Origin: Tubiluchus corallicola
Taxonomy: Eukaryota; Animalia; Priapulida
Direction: 5' to 3'
NCBI GenBank assembly: GCA_030141605.1
Contig: JAQGDQ010000500.1
Location: forward strand, 98,300-162,299
DNA: 64,000 nt
A program made the position numbers and the translations under genes. Positions 12,801 through 25,863 of this stretch are shown in pieces; within the stretch, counting starts at the first letter, position 1, and each line of letters opens with the position of its first letter. The notes under the pieces are model-generated. The model saw nothing but the letters and a program-made list of their open reading frames with translations, searched no databases and was not told the origin of the DNA.

Positions 12801-15800
12801 TACTATAGGCACTTTTTTGCATCACATCACATCAGATTGCATGACTTCACTTCACATCACTTCACATCACTTTACATCACATCACATCACATTGCATCAT
12901 ATTATATTACATAATATTATTTAGTACCAGCCTAGTATTTTCGCTACTAATTCCACTTCCCTTCTCACTGTCTTTGTGTCTCCTCTAGAAACTCTTTAGC
13001 CATTGCTCATGAGACTAGACCTGAAACAAGATTACACTGTGATTATTCAGCTATTTTGCTTTTCTCTGGACGCTTTTTTCTTTTCCTTTTGTATTTATTT
13101 TCTTTATTTATCCTAATTCATATTTTAGCAAGGGGTATTTGATTTAGTTTTCATTATTTATTCACTTAATTGTAACTTAATTAATTCTTTCATATCTGAC
13201 TTTTGTGTATAATATAGTAACTGTTGTGTAGAAACGTTATCTCTGACGTGTATCTAGGAAATATTTGAAAATGTGTTTGTGAACTAATTTAAAGTCATAA
13301 TTATAATAGTTCCAGCAACTATCAGTATGCTGCTGAATGATGTGCCACATGTGAAACCCTCCATTACAGTTGAAGTAGAAGACATCTCTAATCAGCTCAA
13401 ATGTGAAGCCATAAGCAACTGCAAAGTTCTGCCAACCATAAGTTGGTTTATTGGTAATATCTTTCTAATTATTATTTACTTTAATGATCTATGTAACTTA
13501 ATCTGTTTCGATATAAATTAATCATATAATATCATCATCTTCATCATCACCACCTGACTAAGTTACTGCCTACATCAACACACACACCATGCCAGCTTTT
13601 ATCCAATCCTTGTCACCAGAACCACCACTACTACAGTAGCCTTTACTTAAACTATATTAAAATATTTTTAAATAGATTATTGTTGACATAAAGAAAATAT
13701 TAGGTGTGCGTTCGGTGCATTAAGTCAAAAACCTATTTATACTCCACATATTTTCTTGTTATCATCAGGTTATAATTTATATTACATGCAGGTTCAGCTC
13801 CTGTCAACTCTCATTCAGAAACTATGCTGGATCTAAACACCAATTTTACTAATGTTGTGAGCACAATGGATGATTATTCATTTAAACCTGAAGACAATGG
13901 AAAGCAGCTGACCTGTCAGGTTTTTATACATGACATTTTGTCAAAACAGTTTATTAACAAGACACTAAATGTACAATGTAAGTTGAATTTTTATTTATCT
14001 ATCTTACTGCTAGATGTAAGTAAAATTTTCAGACAGAGTGTCCATGTTACAACAACCACATTAGGAACACGTTTTAAACACTGTGTATTGAAGAAGTGTA
14101 TGTAGCATGCTGCAAATGACCTTGATGGGTCTGGGTCTTTTAGGATGAAAAAGTGAAGTAAAATTGAACAATAAATAAAAGTAACATTAAAATCAAAATT
14201 ATTGTTAATGATGTTGCAAATCCACAATTTTTTAGTTTTGATGCCCAGGCTTTTCTTTTTTCTTTGACTATCTTTCTCTTTACCCTCTTTCCCTGTATCT
14301 CTCCTTCTGTCTTGTCTTGCATCCTGCTATATAAGGAGATACGTTTTTGATACAGATATCAAATCAGTTACCGTGAAATTGCCTAACGGAGATGATACTA
14401 AGATTACAGTTGGCAGTGGCTTTGAGCTGATTTGTGATGCAAGTGGAAACCCAGAACCTTCTTATCAGTGGAGTGGTCCTAATTTGTCAAGTGGAAACAC
14501 CGGCAAAAAAGTTACGAAGAAAAAAGCTGAATTAGTTGATGGAGGGACCTACACTTGTACAGCTAGGAATGTTGTTGGAGAGAGAAAAGGCAGCTTAACT
14601 ATAAAAATTGTAAAAGAGGGTGACAAGGAAGAAAGCGGTGATAAAGAAAATGGTGGTGGGGGATCTGGAGATGGGGATAATGGTAAGTGCATTGATTAAG
14701 AACCTAAGAGAATTAACCTTGCAAAAAAACAAAAATGGTTGTTAGTTATGAAATAGTTTTGTTTCTGTTACCGGAGTGTCGTACATTTTCATTTGCGATT
14801 GATGATTGAAAGTAGTACTACCAATAATTAAACATGTGCTGGCACCTACATTTAAGATTGTTCACTATTGTAGCTTAATTTAAGTTTAATGAAGAGTGAT
14901 AGAGTGAGATTGAATTATTTTATATTAATTAATTAATTAATTATGCACATCATGTGATCAATAAGCTCAACAAATTGTTTAACATTAAGTCCGTGCTTAT
15001 ACAATGTTGTAATATTAAGCACACTTGTTGTAATTAATGGTCAATGACATCAGCTGCCCTTTTTCCTAGAATCAATGTTAACAGCTGCGTCAGGGCAATG
15101 ATTTCCTAGAAAGAGCAATGACCAGCTGCACACAGTTCTTAGAAACTGTTACAGGGCAATGAATCACTGTGCTCATTTCCCTATTTCCTGGAAACAGTAA
15201 TGACCAGATGTGCTCATTTCACTATTTCCTGGAAACAGTAATGACCAGATGTGCTCATTTCCCTATTTCCTGGTAACAGTAATGACCAGATGTGCTCATT
15301 TCCCTATTTCCTGGATACACTTATGACCAGATGTGCTCATTTCCGTATGTCCTGGATACAGTTATGACCAGATGTGCTCATTTCCGTAATTCCTGGAAAC
15401 AGTAATGACCAGATGTGCTCATTTCCCTACTTCCTGGTAACAGTAATGACCAGATGTGCTCATTTCCCTATTTCCTGGATACAGTTATGACCAGATGTGC
15501 TCATTTCCGTAATTCCTGGTAACAGTAATGACCAGATGTGCTCATTTCTCTACTTCCTGAAAACAGCAATAACCAGATGTGCTCATTTCTCTACTTCCTG
15601 AAAACAGCAATAACCAGATGTGCTCATTTCTCTACTTCCTGGATACAGTAATGACCAGATGTGCTATTTCCTTATTTTCTGGATACAGCAATGACCGGTT
15701 GTGCTGACTTCCTTGAAATAGCCATTAACACCTGCATCCAGTTCTTGGAAATAGTCGCATAAGGGCAACGACTCACTTCTAGGAAACACCCTAGCAGCTG

Positions 15801-16335
15801 CATAGTCCTGCCTATACAGCCAATCAGCAACAAAATGCTCTGACCAATAAGACTCAAGCTGACCACTGACCAGAACTTGGTTGACAGTATTCCTTTCAGA
15901 TTATTACAAATTTTTTAAATTTTTTTAATCAAAGAGAGAACGAATGATGTTACGTAAAGTATTTCAAAGAATTTTTTGATAGATCATGACCGTAATAATA
16001 TGTTGATAATGCAAAGAATTTTAACCTTGTAATTAAAATTAGCTTCGATGTATATTGATTATTAATGGTGTACTTGTCCTGGGACTTACATTTTAAGTTT
16101 ATTGATTCTAGCCCTATGCATTTGGGAGTTAAGAAGAATTAAATAGTTGAAAATTGAATGCCTAACATCATGATGAAAAACCAGCATAAGGGCTGCAGCT
16201 CCTACATCTATGACTTTAGTCACAAGCATTAACATTCTTGATTTTGTTTCAGGGCAAAATGGTTGCAATTTTCCGAGAGAGAACTTGTTTGGACACGTTG
16301 TTATTCTCACCGTTATTGTTTATTTTGTTAGATGA
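9867..16335 (+). CDS. Ig-superfamily surface protein copy 1 (signal peptide, V, C2-like, I/C2, stalk, GPI-type tail; 373 aa; nectin/CADM-like domain order)
   Basis: Exons 9867-9918, 11409-11738, 13310-13453, 13792-13977, 14356-14682 and 16253-16335; all introns GT-AG and phase 1, giving 1122 nt open. MRSYHTLLHLIVFLFIN signal; Ig motifs VQC..W..DGSYHC, LKC..ISW..LTCQV.H and LIC.ASGNP.PSYQW..DGGTYTC; tail QNGCNFPRENLFGHVVILTVIVYFVR*. Confidence 0.88.
10876..11257 (+). mobile_element. LTR-like remnant in intron 1 (also ~26895-27277 in copy 3)
   Basis: Starts TGTGATG, contains TATAAAAG and AATAAA, and is followed by gTGGAGAGCAGT resembling a primer-binding site. The canonical CA end is not clear. 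Confidence 0.4.
12590..12800 (+). mobile_element. Gypsy-type reverse transcriptase remnant in intron 2 (copy 1)
   Basis: Same sequence as 28620-28810 but with an in-frame stop. Confidence 0.65.
15165..15720. repeat. 41-bp intronic minisatellite (copy 1, ~13 units)
   Basis: Unit atgaccagatgtgctcatttccctatttcctgg(a/t)aacagta recurs at 15200, 15241 and onward. Confidence 0.95.
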
Positions 16336-17178
16336 GTCAGAATTTATGCTTAAACTAAAATGTATGTGATTTTAAAACTTTTGTGTATTGTGTAAATAAT
16401 GTTATCATTGTATGGAAATAGTTGCCCTGTGTCTGTACAAAATAGGCCTATCTTACCTTAGTCAGTTTAAGTCTGAGGTTAAATTATAATAACATATAGT
16501 TGTGGTTTCTTTCGTCAATGTCCAGCCAAACAAAATTTATTAACTTGTTTGTAGCTGTTGTTGTACTCTCTAAATTTTTGTTTACAGTAAAAAATTTAGT
16601 TTCTGAACTTATGTGCACATTTCAAAGTAGATTAAATTTAATGAGTTTTAGTTTTATTACATGTGTATTTTGATGGAACATTTTAATGTGATTTTATGTT
16701 TTTGAATCATGATTATAAGAATTGGGTGCAAAGATCATCATTTTAATGATGGCTGTTACAGGATGAACAGTGATGAACTAAAGTAGTGTATTATAGTTGT
16801 ACAGAAAATTAATATCTGAAAGAAAAGTTTCTACTGAATATGGTACCCACACGTAGCTATAAAACAATAACATATATATCTAAGGTTTTTTCCCTGAGCA
16901 ACGAATATTACTTTCGTTACTTTGACAAAGGTTTACAACACACCGTCATGCCCTTCTAAACAAAGTAAAATCATGTCACACAAAATAAATGAGAAATTAC
17001 TTAAATTATAGCGGTTTCGGCAGTAAAGCAGCATAACATGTTCATCCTCTTTGTACACGGTTTTTTGTTTATAAAGTGCACATTTGAAGCAAGGTGGCAG
17101 TAGTGCTGCACAAAGTTGATAATCTCTACTATGCGATGGCCTCTTCAGTCGTTTAACTATTAATTACTTTTTGCAAAT

Positions 17179-17420
17179 TTACTGTGAGTTGTTGACACAT
17201 TTCAATCGATGATTGCAGAGACCTATGCAAACAGAGCAAGATCTTCCAAGGTTAGTGCACTGAAATGCTGAAGCATCTTTAGTACAATTCTTCCTTCTTT
17301 GACGCTTCTCTTCCCATAGTAGCTGAAGCCTATCTTCGTTGTGCTTCACCCCATCAAACAGTGGCATCTGCCAAGTTTCCCTGTCTGAAGTTGCTGTTTC
17401 CAGTTTTTGGCAATTACGTA
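17179..17420 (-). mobile_element. RTE-clade LINE C-terminal remnant (unit 2)
   Basis: Paralog of 8097-8339. Confidence 0.75.
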
Positions 17421-18917
17421 CAATGAACGAGAGTAAAGTTTTATTTAGTATGACTTAAGACATCTGATATGGTGGTCTCATTGATAGGCTTCCTTATTTC
17501 GGTTCAATTTCTGTTGCAATCTTTTTTATAACAATTTGAAATAATAATAATTCAAACATGCTAAAATAAACAATCTACAGTTTCTACAATCATCACAATT
17601 TTAATTAAAAAACAAATTTTCTGGAAAACTTTACATGCAGTTTAATTCCATGTAAAGCTTGATGCTGTTTGACTTCCATCACTAAGAACGCACAAGATCT
17701 ATTCAGTATTAAACTGCTTCTGCCCTCTGGATGCTCTGGAAACAATTTCTGTTTTCTGTCCTGTTTTTCGTTTTTTTCCCTCTATTTATCTTGTTTAACC
17801 TGTGCACACTTGTTTATCTGTTTGTTTTAGTTCTCATTTATTTAGCTGTTTTTTTCATTTGTGGCTGACTTATTGGTAACAATTGTGCACATTTCTGACA
17901 TGTATCTGGAAAAGAACCGGAAATGTTTGTCTATGCACACATTCAATTTGGCCATAATAATGCGGTTCAATATTCCAACGAAGTGAACAAAAATGTAAAC
18001 CCAAGCGTCAAAAATAATGGAATTGTAGTTTAAAAAGTTGAACAAACGTGGAAATATGTCTTTATATACAGTGTGTAAAAATTTGATCTGATGCCATTTG
18101 AAACTTTACGAATGCAGTGCTTTGTTGAAACTATCATAAAAGATTTTGAAATTTGGTGAGTAGGTTATAATGTAATTTTACATTTTGTTAATATAAGTCA
18201 CCTTAGAGATAAGTATACATGTAACTCTTGGTTTAGAATATTGTCATTGTAGCATTAAGTTTTGTTGAAACTGAAATACTGTAAAACATTCTAAAATGTG
18301 GAGACTAAAGTATAATTATACATTTCATATTTTTTTAAATGTAAACATCCCTAAAGATGGGCATATTATTTAACTCTCCGTTCAGAATATTGATATTGTG
18401 TGAGTCGTCAGAATTGAGATGAAACTGAAATACAGAAATGATGGCCAGTTTCTCCTGGTGATTTCCCACATTGTCTGGAGAAAAAGTCAAATAGCAGATG
18501 ACAAATCGCCGTGCTTGTAAATTCGGATAATACGTCTAGCTTGTCAACAGTTATGCGTGAGATACTTTCCAAAAAAATAACTAAACTTCAGATGCCGATC
18601 ATAAATTCGATGATCATGATTACGTGTTCAAAAGTTGTGACAAAATAATATTGTAAATAATATAATAGATTTAATATTGTAAATACAAGAACACAGATTA
18701 GAATGTCGTAATAATTATTATGACAAAAGATTAGTATAATGTTCACATCTTGATTAATATGCTTTTAGATCATTCCTGTAATAAAGTCGCATGTTAAGTA
18801 TTGCAAGTATTGCGTGGGCGTGATGGCGGTCTTAGTATTTAATTATAATATTATAATCACAAGGTTTTTATTATTTTAGCAACCAAAACTTAGAGAGATA
18901 TTAGTTGAATATTCAAA

Positions 18918-21900
18918 ATGAGGTCATACTATACACTGCTGCATTTGATTGTTTTCCTGTTCATTAACTGTAAGTAAAAACAAAAAATTATTTCTTAATG
19001 TCAGAGATACTTTTACTCTATAGTAATGCAAAGAACAACTAGTTACATTATTTCCCAGTTTCTCAGAAACATTGTATTTCCACTAGGGGGCAAAAACCAA
19101 AAAATGGGGGTCGGGAACAGAAATGCATCGAGTGTCTACGAATACTACCATGTAGAACATCAAATAAAAGGTCTCGATGAGGCGAATCGAATGGCATCGG
19201 TTACAGTGTGAATCGTTAACCTGTGACCCAGTTAGGGGCAAAATAGGGGTCGAGGAGACAAATGACTCCAGGGTCTACCAAAAGCAGGTTGTTGTATATC
19301 AAATGAAAAACCTCAATGAGACAAACTGAATGATATAAGTTATGGCAAGATTTTTGATCTTTGACCCGTGGGTGGATGGGCTGAACAGTTAAATGCTGAG
19401 GCTTCATTGTGAAATACACTTTCCATGTATTCAAGCAATTCAATAAAAGAATAGAGCATTTTTAAAAAAGGCTGTCATCTCTTCATTTTTAAAGCTGAAT
19501 TTTACAACTATTGTTTGCAAAATGTTCAGTTTCTGACCCGGTCAGAAACATTGTTAGCTGGTTTATTTCCTTTTTATAACGAAAAGTCCTGTTATATAAT
19601 TCATGTTACCACAGAAATGTTCCTAGTAGATTAAATACGGTCATTAGGTGAACCTTGCCTTAGTCCCTTACCTTATCTTAGCTGTGACTGTCTCTAACTT
19701 AATCACGTTTGTCAGCTTGAGACTTGATGTTAACATGAGCTTTAATACATATAAGTTAAAATTTCCAAACCTGTGATTACTTGGTTAAATTCTTGATTTG
19801 CAGGTGTGCAGGATGAAACACAAGCAACATCTTTTTTACAAGAACCCGAGGATGTTGTTGCTCTTCCTGGAGGTGAAGTTCAGCTAGCATGTGTGCTAGA
19901 AAGTGATTCTATCCAACCTGGTTTCAGTGTTACCTGGTTTCTTAATGATGAACAGCAAGTCATAGATCGTGTAAACTTCATGTTTGTTGACAGTGATCCT
20001 GGTGCCAGTGGAGACCTTAGTATAAAAGTTCTGAATATAAATGTAAATCAACGGGATGGGACCTATTACTGCAGGTATAGCGAATATACTGGAAAATTTG
20101 AAAACTCACGTAAAGTAGAAGTTACTGTTGTTGGTAAGTATGTAAGACATTCTTAGTTACTTTTAATACTTTTGCTCAGTATTTTATTCAGGGCTTCTGA
20201 TCTTTTGTGATCATGGAAAATGGACAGAATTCACATGGGCAACTGAAACAGCTGCGAAAAACAGAATTAGTCTAATTTAGTTTTCATTATTTATTCACTT
20301 AATTGTTGCTTAATTAATTCATTCATATCTGACTTAGTGTGTATAATATAGTAACTGTTGTGTAGAAACGTTATCTCTGACGTGTATCTAGGAAATATTT
20401 GAAAATGTGTTTATGAACTAATTTAAAGTCGTAATTATAATAGTTCCAGCAACTATCAGTATGCTGCTGAATGATGTGCCACATGTGAAACACTCGATTA
20501 CAGTTGAAGTAGAAGACATCTGTAATCAGCTCAAATGTGAAGCCATAAGCAACTGCAAAGTTCTGCCAACCATAAGTTGGTTTATTGGTAATATCTTTCT
20601 AATTATTATATACTTTAATGATCTATGTAACTTAATCTGTTTTGATATAAATTAATCATATCATATCATCATCTTCATCATCACCACCTGACTAAGTTAC
20701 TGCTTACATCAACACACATGCCATGCCAGCTTTTATCATATCCTTGTCACCAGCACCACCTTACTACAGTAGCCCTTACTTAAACTATATTAAAATATTT
20801 TTAAATAGATTATCATTGACATAAAGGAAATATTAAGTGTACATTAGGTGCATTAAATCAAAAACCTATTTATACGCCACATATTTTCTTGTTATCATCA
20901 GGTTATAATTTATATTACATGCAGGTTCAGCTCCTGTCAACTCTCGTTCAGAAACTATGCTGGATCTAAACACTAATTTTACTAATGTTGTGAGCACATT
21001 GGATGATTATTCATTTAAACCTGAAGACAATGGAAAACAGCTGACCTGTCAGGTTTTTATACATGACATTTTGTCAAAACAATTTATTTACAGGACACTA
21101 AATGTACAATGTAAGTTAAATTTTTATTAATCTATGTTACTGCTAGATGTAAGTAAAATTTTCAGACCGAGTGTTCATGTTACAACCACCACATAAGGAA
21201 CACGTTTTAAACACTGTGTATTGAAGAAGTGTATGTAGCATGCTGCAAATGACCTTGATGGGTCTGGGTCTTTTAGAGTGAAAAAGTGAAGTAAAATTGA
21301 ACAGTAAATAAAAGTAACATTAAAATCAAAATTATTGTTAATGATGTTACAAATCCACAATTTTTTAGTTTTGATGTCCAGGCTTTTCTTTTTTTCTTTG
21401 ACTCTCTTTCTATTTATCCTCTTTCCCTGTATCTCTCCTTCTGTCTTGTCTTGCATTCCTGCTATATATAAGGAGATACGTTTTTGATACAGATATTACA
21501 TCTGTTACCGTGAAATTGCCCAATGGAGATGATACTAAGATTACAGTTGGCAGTGGCTTTGAGCTGATTTGTGATGCAAATGGGAACCCAGAACCTTCTT
21601 ATCAGTGGAGTGGTCCTAATTTGTCAAGTGGAAACACCGGCAAAAAAGTTACGAAGAAAAATGTGGAATTAGTTGACGGAGGGACATACACTTGTACAGC
21701 TAGGAATGTTGTTGGAGAGAGAAAGGGCAGCTTAACTATAAAAATTGTAAAAGAGGGTGACAAGGAAGAAAGCGGTGATAAAGAAAATGGTGGTGGGGGA
21801 TCTGGAGATGGGGATAATGGTAAGTGCATTGATTAAGAACCTAAGAGAATTAACCTTGCAAAAACACAGAAGTGGTTGTTAGTTATGCAATAGTTTTGTT

Positions 21901-23247
21901 TCTGTTACCGGAGTGTCGTACATTTTCATTTGCGATTGATAACTGAAAGTACTACTACCAATAATTAAACATGTGCTGGCACCTACATTTAAGATTGTTC
22001 ATTTTTGTAGCTTAATTTAAGTTTAATGAAGAGTGATAGAGTGAGATTGAATTATTTTATATTAATTAATTAATTATGCACATCATATAATCAATAAGCT
22101 CAACAAATTGTTTAACATTAAGTCCATTTTTATACAATGTTGTAATATTAAGCTCACTTGTTGTAATTAATGGTCAATGATATCAGCTGCCCTTTTTCCT
22201 AGAATCAATGTTAACAGCTGCGTCAGGGCAACGGCTTTCTAGAAAGAGCAATGACCAGCTGCACACAGTTCTTAGAAACTGTTACAGGGCAATGAATCAC
22301 TGTACTCATTTCCGTATGTCCTGGATACAGCAATGACCAGATGTGCTCATTTCCCTACTTCCTGGTAACAGTAATGACCAGATGTGCTCATTTCCCTATT
22401 TCCTGGATACAGGTATGGCCAGATGTGCTCATTTCCCTACTTCCTGGAAACAGTAATGACCAGATGTGCTCATTTCCCTATTTCCTGGATACAGTTATGA
22501 CCAGATGTGCTCATTTCCGTATGTCCTAGAAACAGCAATGACCAGTTGTGCTCATTTCCCTATTTCCTGGATATAGTTACGACCAGATGTGTTCATTTCC
22601 CTATTTCGTGGTTACAGCAACGACCAGTTGTGCTTACTTCCTAGAAATAGCCATTAACACCTGCATCCAGTTCTTGGAAACCGTCGCATCAGGACAAAGA
22701 CTCACTCCTAGGAAACACCCTAGCAGCTGCATAGTCCTGCCTATACAGCCAATCAGCAACAAAATGCTCTGACCAATAAGACTCAAGCTGACCACTGACC
22801 AGAACTTGGTTGACAGTATTCCTTTCAGGTTATTACAATTTTTTAATTTTTTTAATCAAAGAGAGAACGAATGATGTTACGTAAAGTATTTCTAAGAATT
22901 TTTTGATAAATCATAACCATTATACTATGTTGATAATGCAGAGAATTAATTAGCTTCAATGTATATTGATTATTAATGGTGTACTTGTCCTGGGACCTAC
23001 ATTTTAAGTTTATTGATTCTAGCCCTTTGCATTTGGGAGTTAAGAAGAATTAAATAGTTGAAAATTGAATGCCTAACATCAATGATGAAAAACCAGCATA
23101 AGGCCTGTAGCTCCTACATCTGTGAGTTTAGTTACAAGCATTAATGTTCTTGATTTTGTTCCAGGACAAAATGGTTGCAATTTTCCGAGAAAGACCTTGT
23201 TTGGACACGTTGTTATTCTCACTGTTATTGTTCATTTTATTAGATGA
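18918..23247 (+). CDS. Ig-superfamily surface protein copy 2 (373 aa) with a divergent V domain
   Basis: Exons 18918-18969, 19804-20133, 20444-20587, 20925-21110, 21493-21819 and 23165-23247; GT-AG, phase 1, open. V exon reads QEPEDVVALPGGEVQLAC...W...DLSIKV...QRDGTYYC...VEVTVV. Confidence 0.88.
22300..22650. repeat. 41-bp intronic minisatellite (copy 2, ~8 units)
   Basis: Same unit as 15165-15720, in a shorter array. Confidence 0.9.
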
Positions 23248-24084
23248 GTCAGAATTTATGCTTAAACTAAAATGTATGTGATTTTAAAACTTTTGTGTAT
23301 TGTGTAAATATTTTTATCATTGTATGGAAATAGTTGCCCTGAGTCTGTACAAAATAGGCCTATCTTACCTTAGTCAGTTTAAGTCTGAGGTTAAATTATA
23401 ATAAGATATAGTTGCAGTTTCTTCCATCAATGTCCAGCCAAACAAAATTTATTAACTTGTTTGTAGCTGTTGTTGTACTCTCTAAATTTTTGTTTACAGT
23501 AAATTTAGTTTCTGAACTTATGTGCACATTTCAAAGTAGATTAAATTTAATGAATTTTAGTTTTATTACATGTGTATTTTGATGGAACATTTTAATGTGA
23601 TTTTATGTTTTTGAATCATGATTATGAGAATTCGGTGCAAAGATCATCATTTTAACGATGGCTGTTAGAGGATGAACAGTGATGAACTAAAGTGTTGTTT
23701 TATAGTTGTGCAGAAAATTAATACCTGAAAGAAAATTTTCTACTGCGTATGCTACCTACACGTAGCTAAAACAATAACATATATATCTAAGATTTTTTCA
23801 CTGAGCAACGAATGTTACTTTCATTACTTTGACAAAGGTTTACGACACACCCTCATGTGCTTCTAAACGAACTAAGATCATGTCACACAAAATAAATGAG
23901 AAATTACTTAAATGGTAGCGGTTTCGACAGTAAAGCAGCATAACATGTTCGTCCTCTTTGTACACGGTTTTTTGTTTATAAAGTGACATTTGAAGCAAGG
24001 TGGCAGTAGTGCTGCACAAAGTTGATAATCTTTACTATGCGATGGCCTCTTCAGTTGTTTAACTATTAATTAGTTTTTGCAAAT

Positions 24085-24325
24085 TTACTGTGAGTTGTTG
24101 ACACATTTCAGTCGATGATTGCAGAGACCTACGCGAACAGAACAAGATCTTCCAAGGTTAGTGCACTGAAATGCTGAAGCATCTTTGGTACGATTCTTTC
24201 TTCTTTGACGCTTCTCTTCCCATAGTAGCTGAAGCCTATCTTCATTGTGCTTCACCACATCAAACAATGGCTTCCGCCAAGTTTCCCCGTCTGAAGTTGC
24301 TGCTTCCAGTTTTTGGCAATTACGT
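24085..24325 (-). mobile_element. RTE-clade LINE C-terminal remnant (unit 3)
   Basis: Paralog of 8097-8339. Confidence 0.75.
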
Positions 24326-25863
24326 ACAATGAACGAGAGTAAAGTTTTATTTAGTATGACTTAAGACATCTGATATGGTGGTTCCATTGATAGGCTTCCT
24401 TGTTTCGGTTTAGTTACTGTTACTTTCTACAATCATTACAGTTTTAATTAGACAAAATCAGACAATTAAAAAAATTAGTTCTCATTATCTATTTAGCTGT
24501 TTTTTATTTATTCATTTGTGTCTGACTTACTAGTAACAATTGTTCACATTTCTGACATGTGTCTGGAAAAGAATCGGAAATGTTTGTCTATGCACACATT
24601 CAATTTGGCCATAATAATGCGGTTCAATATTCCAACGAAGTGAACAAAAATGTAAAACCAAGCGTCAAAAATAATGGAATTGTAGTTTAAAAAGTTGAAC
24701 AAACCTGGAAATATGTCTTTATATACAGTGTGTAGAAATCAGAGCTGATGGTATTGAAACTTTACAAATGCGGTGCTTTATTGAAACTATCATAAAATAT
24801 TTTGAAATCTGGTGAGTAGGTTATAATGTAATTTTACATTTTGTTAATATAAGTCACCTTAGAGATAAGTATACATTTATCGCTTAGTTTAGAATACTAT
24901 TATTGTAGCATTAAGTTTTATTGAAACTGAAATACTATAAAACATTTTAAAATGTGGAGACTAAATTATAATTATAAATTTTTTATTTTTTTAAATGTAA
25001 ACATCCCTAAAGATAGGCATATTGTTTAACTCTCGGTTTAGAATATTGATATTGTGTGAGTCGTCACAATTAAAATGAAACTGAAATAACAGAACAGATG
25101 GCCCAGTTTATCCTGGTGATTTCCCACATTGCCTGGAGCAAAAAGTGAAAAAATAGCAGATGACAATTCGCCGTGCTTGTAAATTCGGATAATACGTCTT
25201 GCTTGACAACAGTTACGCGTGAGATACTTTCGAAAAATAATAATTAAGCTTCAGATGCCGACCATAAAATCGATGATCATGACTACGTGTTCAAAAGTTG
25301 TGACAAAATAAAAATTACTTTGTCAAGGTGGTCACTGGATGTGTTGTAGTGGCAATGAATGAAACAAACAGAAAATTTATTCCTGTTCATTAACTGAAAT
25401 CAGGCTGTTTCCGAATTTCGGTGCATCCCTCCTATGTTTAGATTTCTAGTAACCAGAGAGCTCTGGGGTAGTTTTTTTGTTTTTAATTTGTGCCAAGACG
25501 TGACTGGAAATAATTTTGTTGATCCAATTCAAAAGTGCTCATATCAGTTGGAAGAATGTAAATTTGATTGTGTTTATCGCAAAAATTTACATTTTTTCTG
25601 TGTAGATTTAATACTATAAAAACAAGAAAACAGATTAGAATGTCGTGATAATTATTATGACAAAAGGATAGTATAAAAACTATAATGTTCACATCTCGAT
25701 TAATATGCTTTTAGATCATTCCTGTAATAAAGTCGCATGTTACGTATTGCAAGTATTGCGTGGCTGTGATGGCGGTCTTAGTATTTAATTATAATATTGT
25801 AATCACAAGGTTTTTATTATTTTAGCAACCAAAACTTATTGAGATATTAGTTGAATATTCAAA

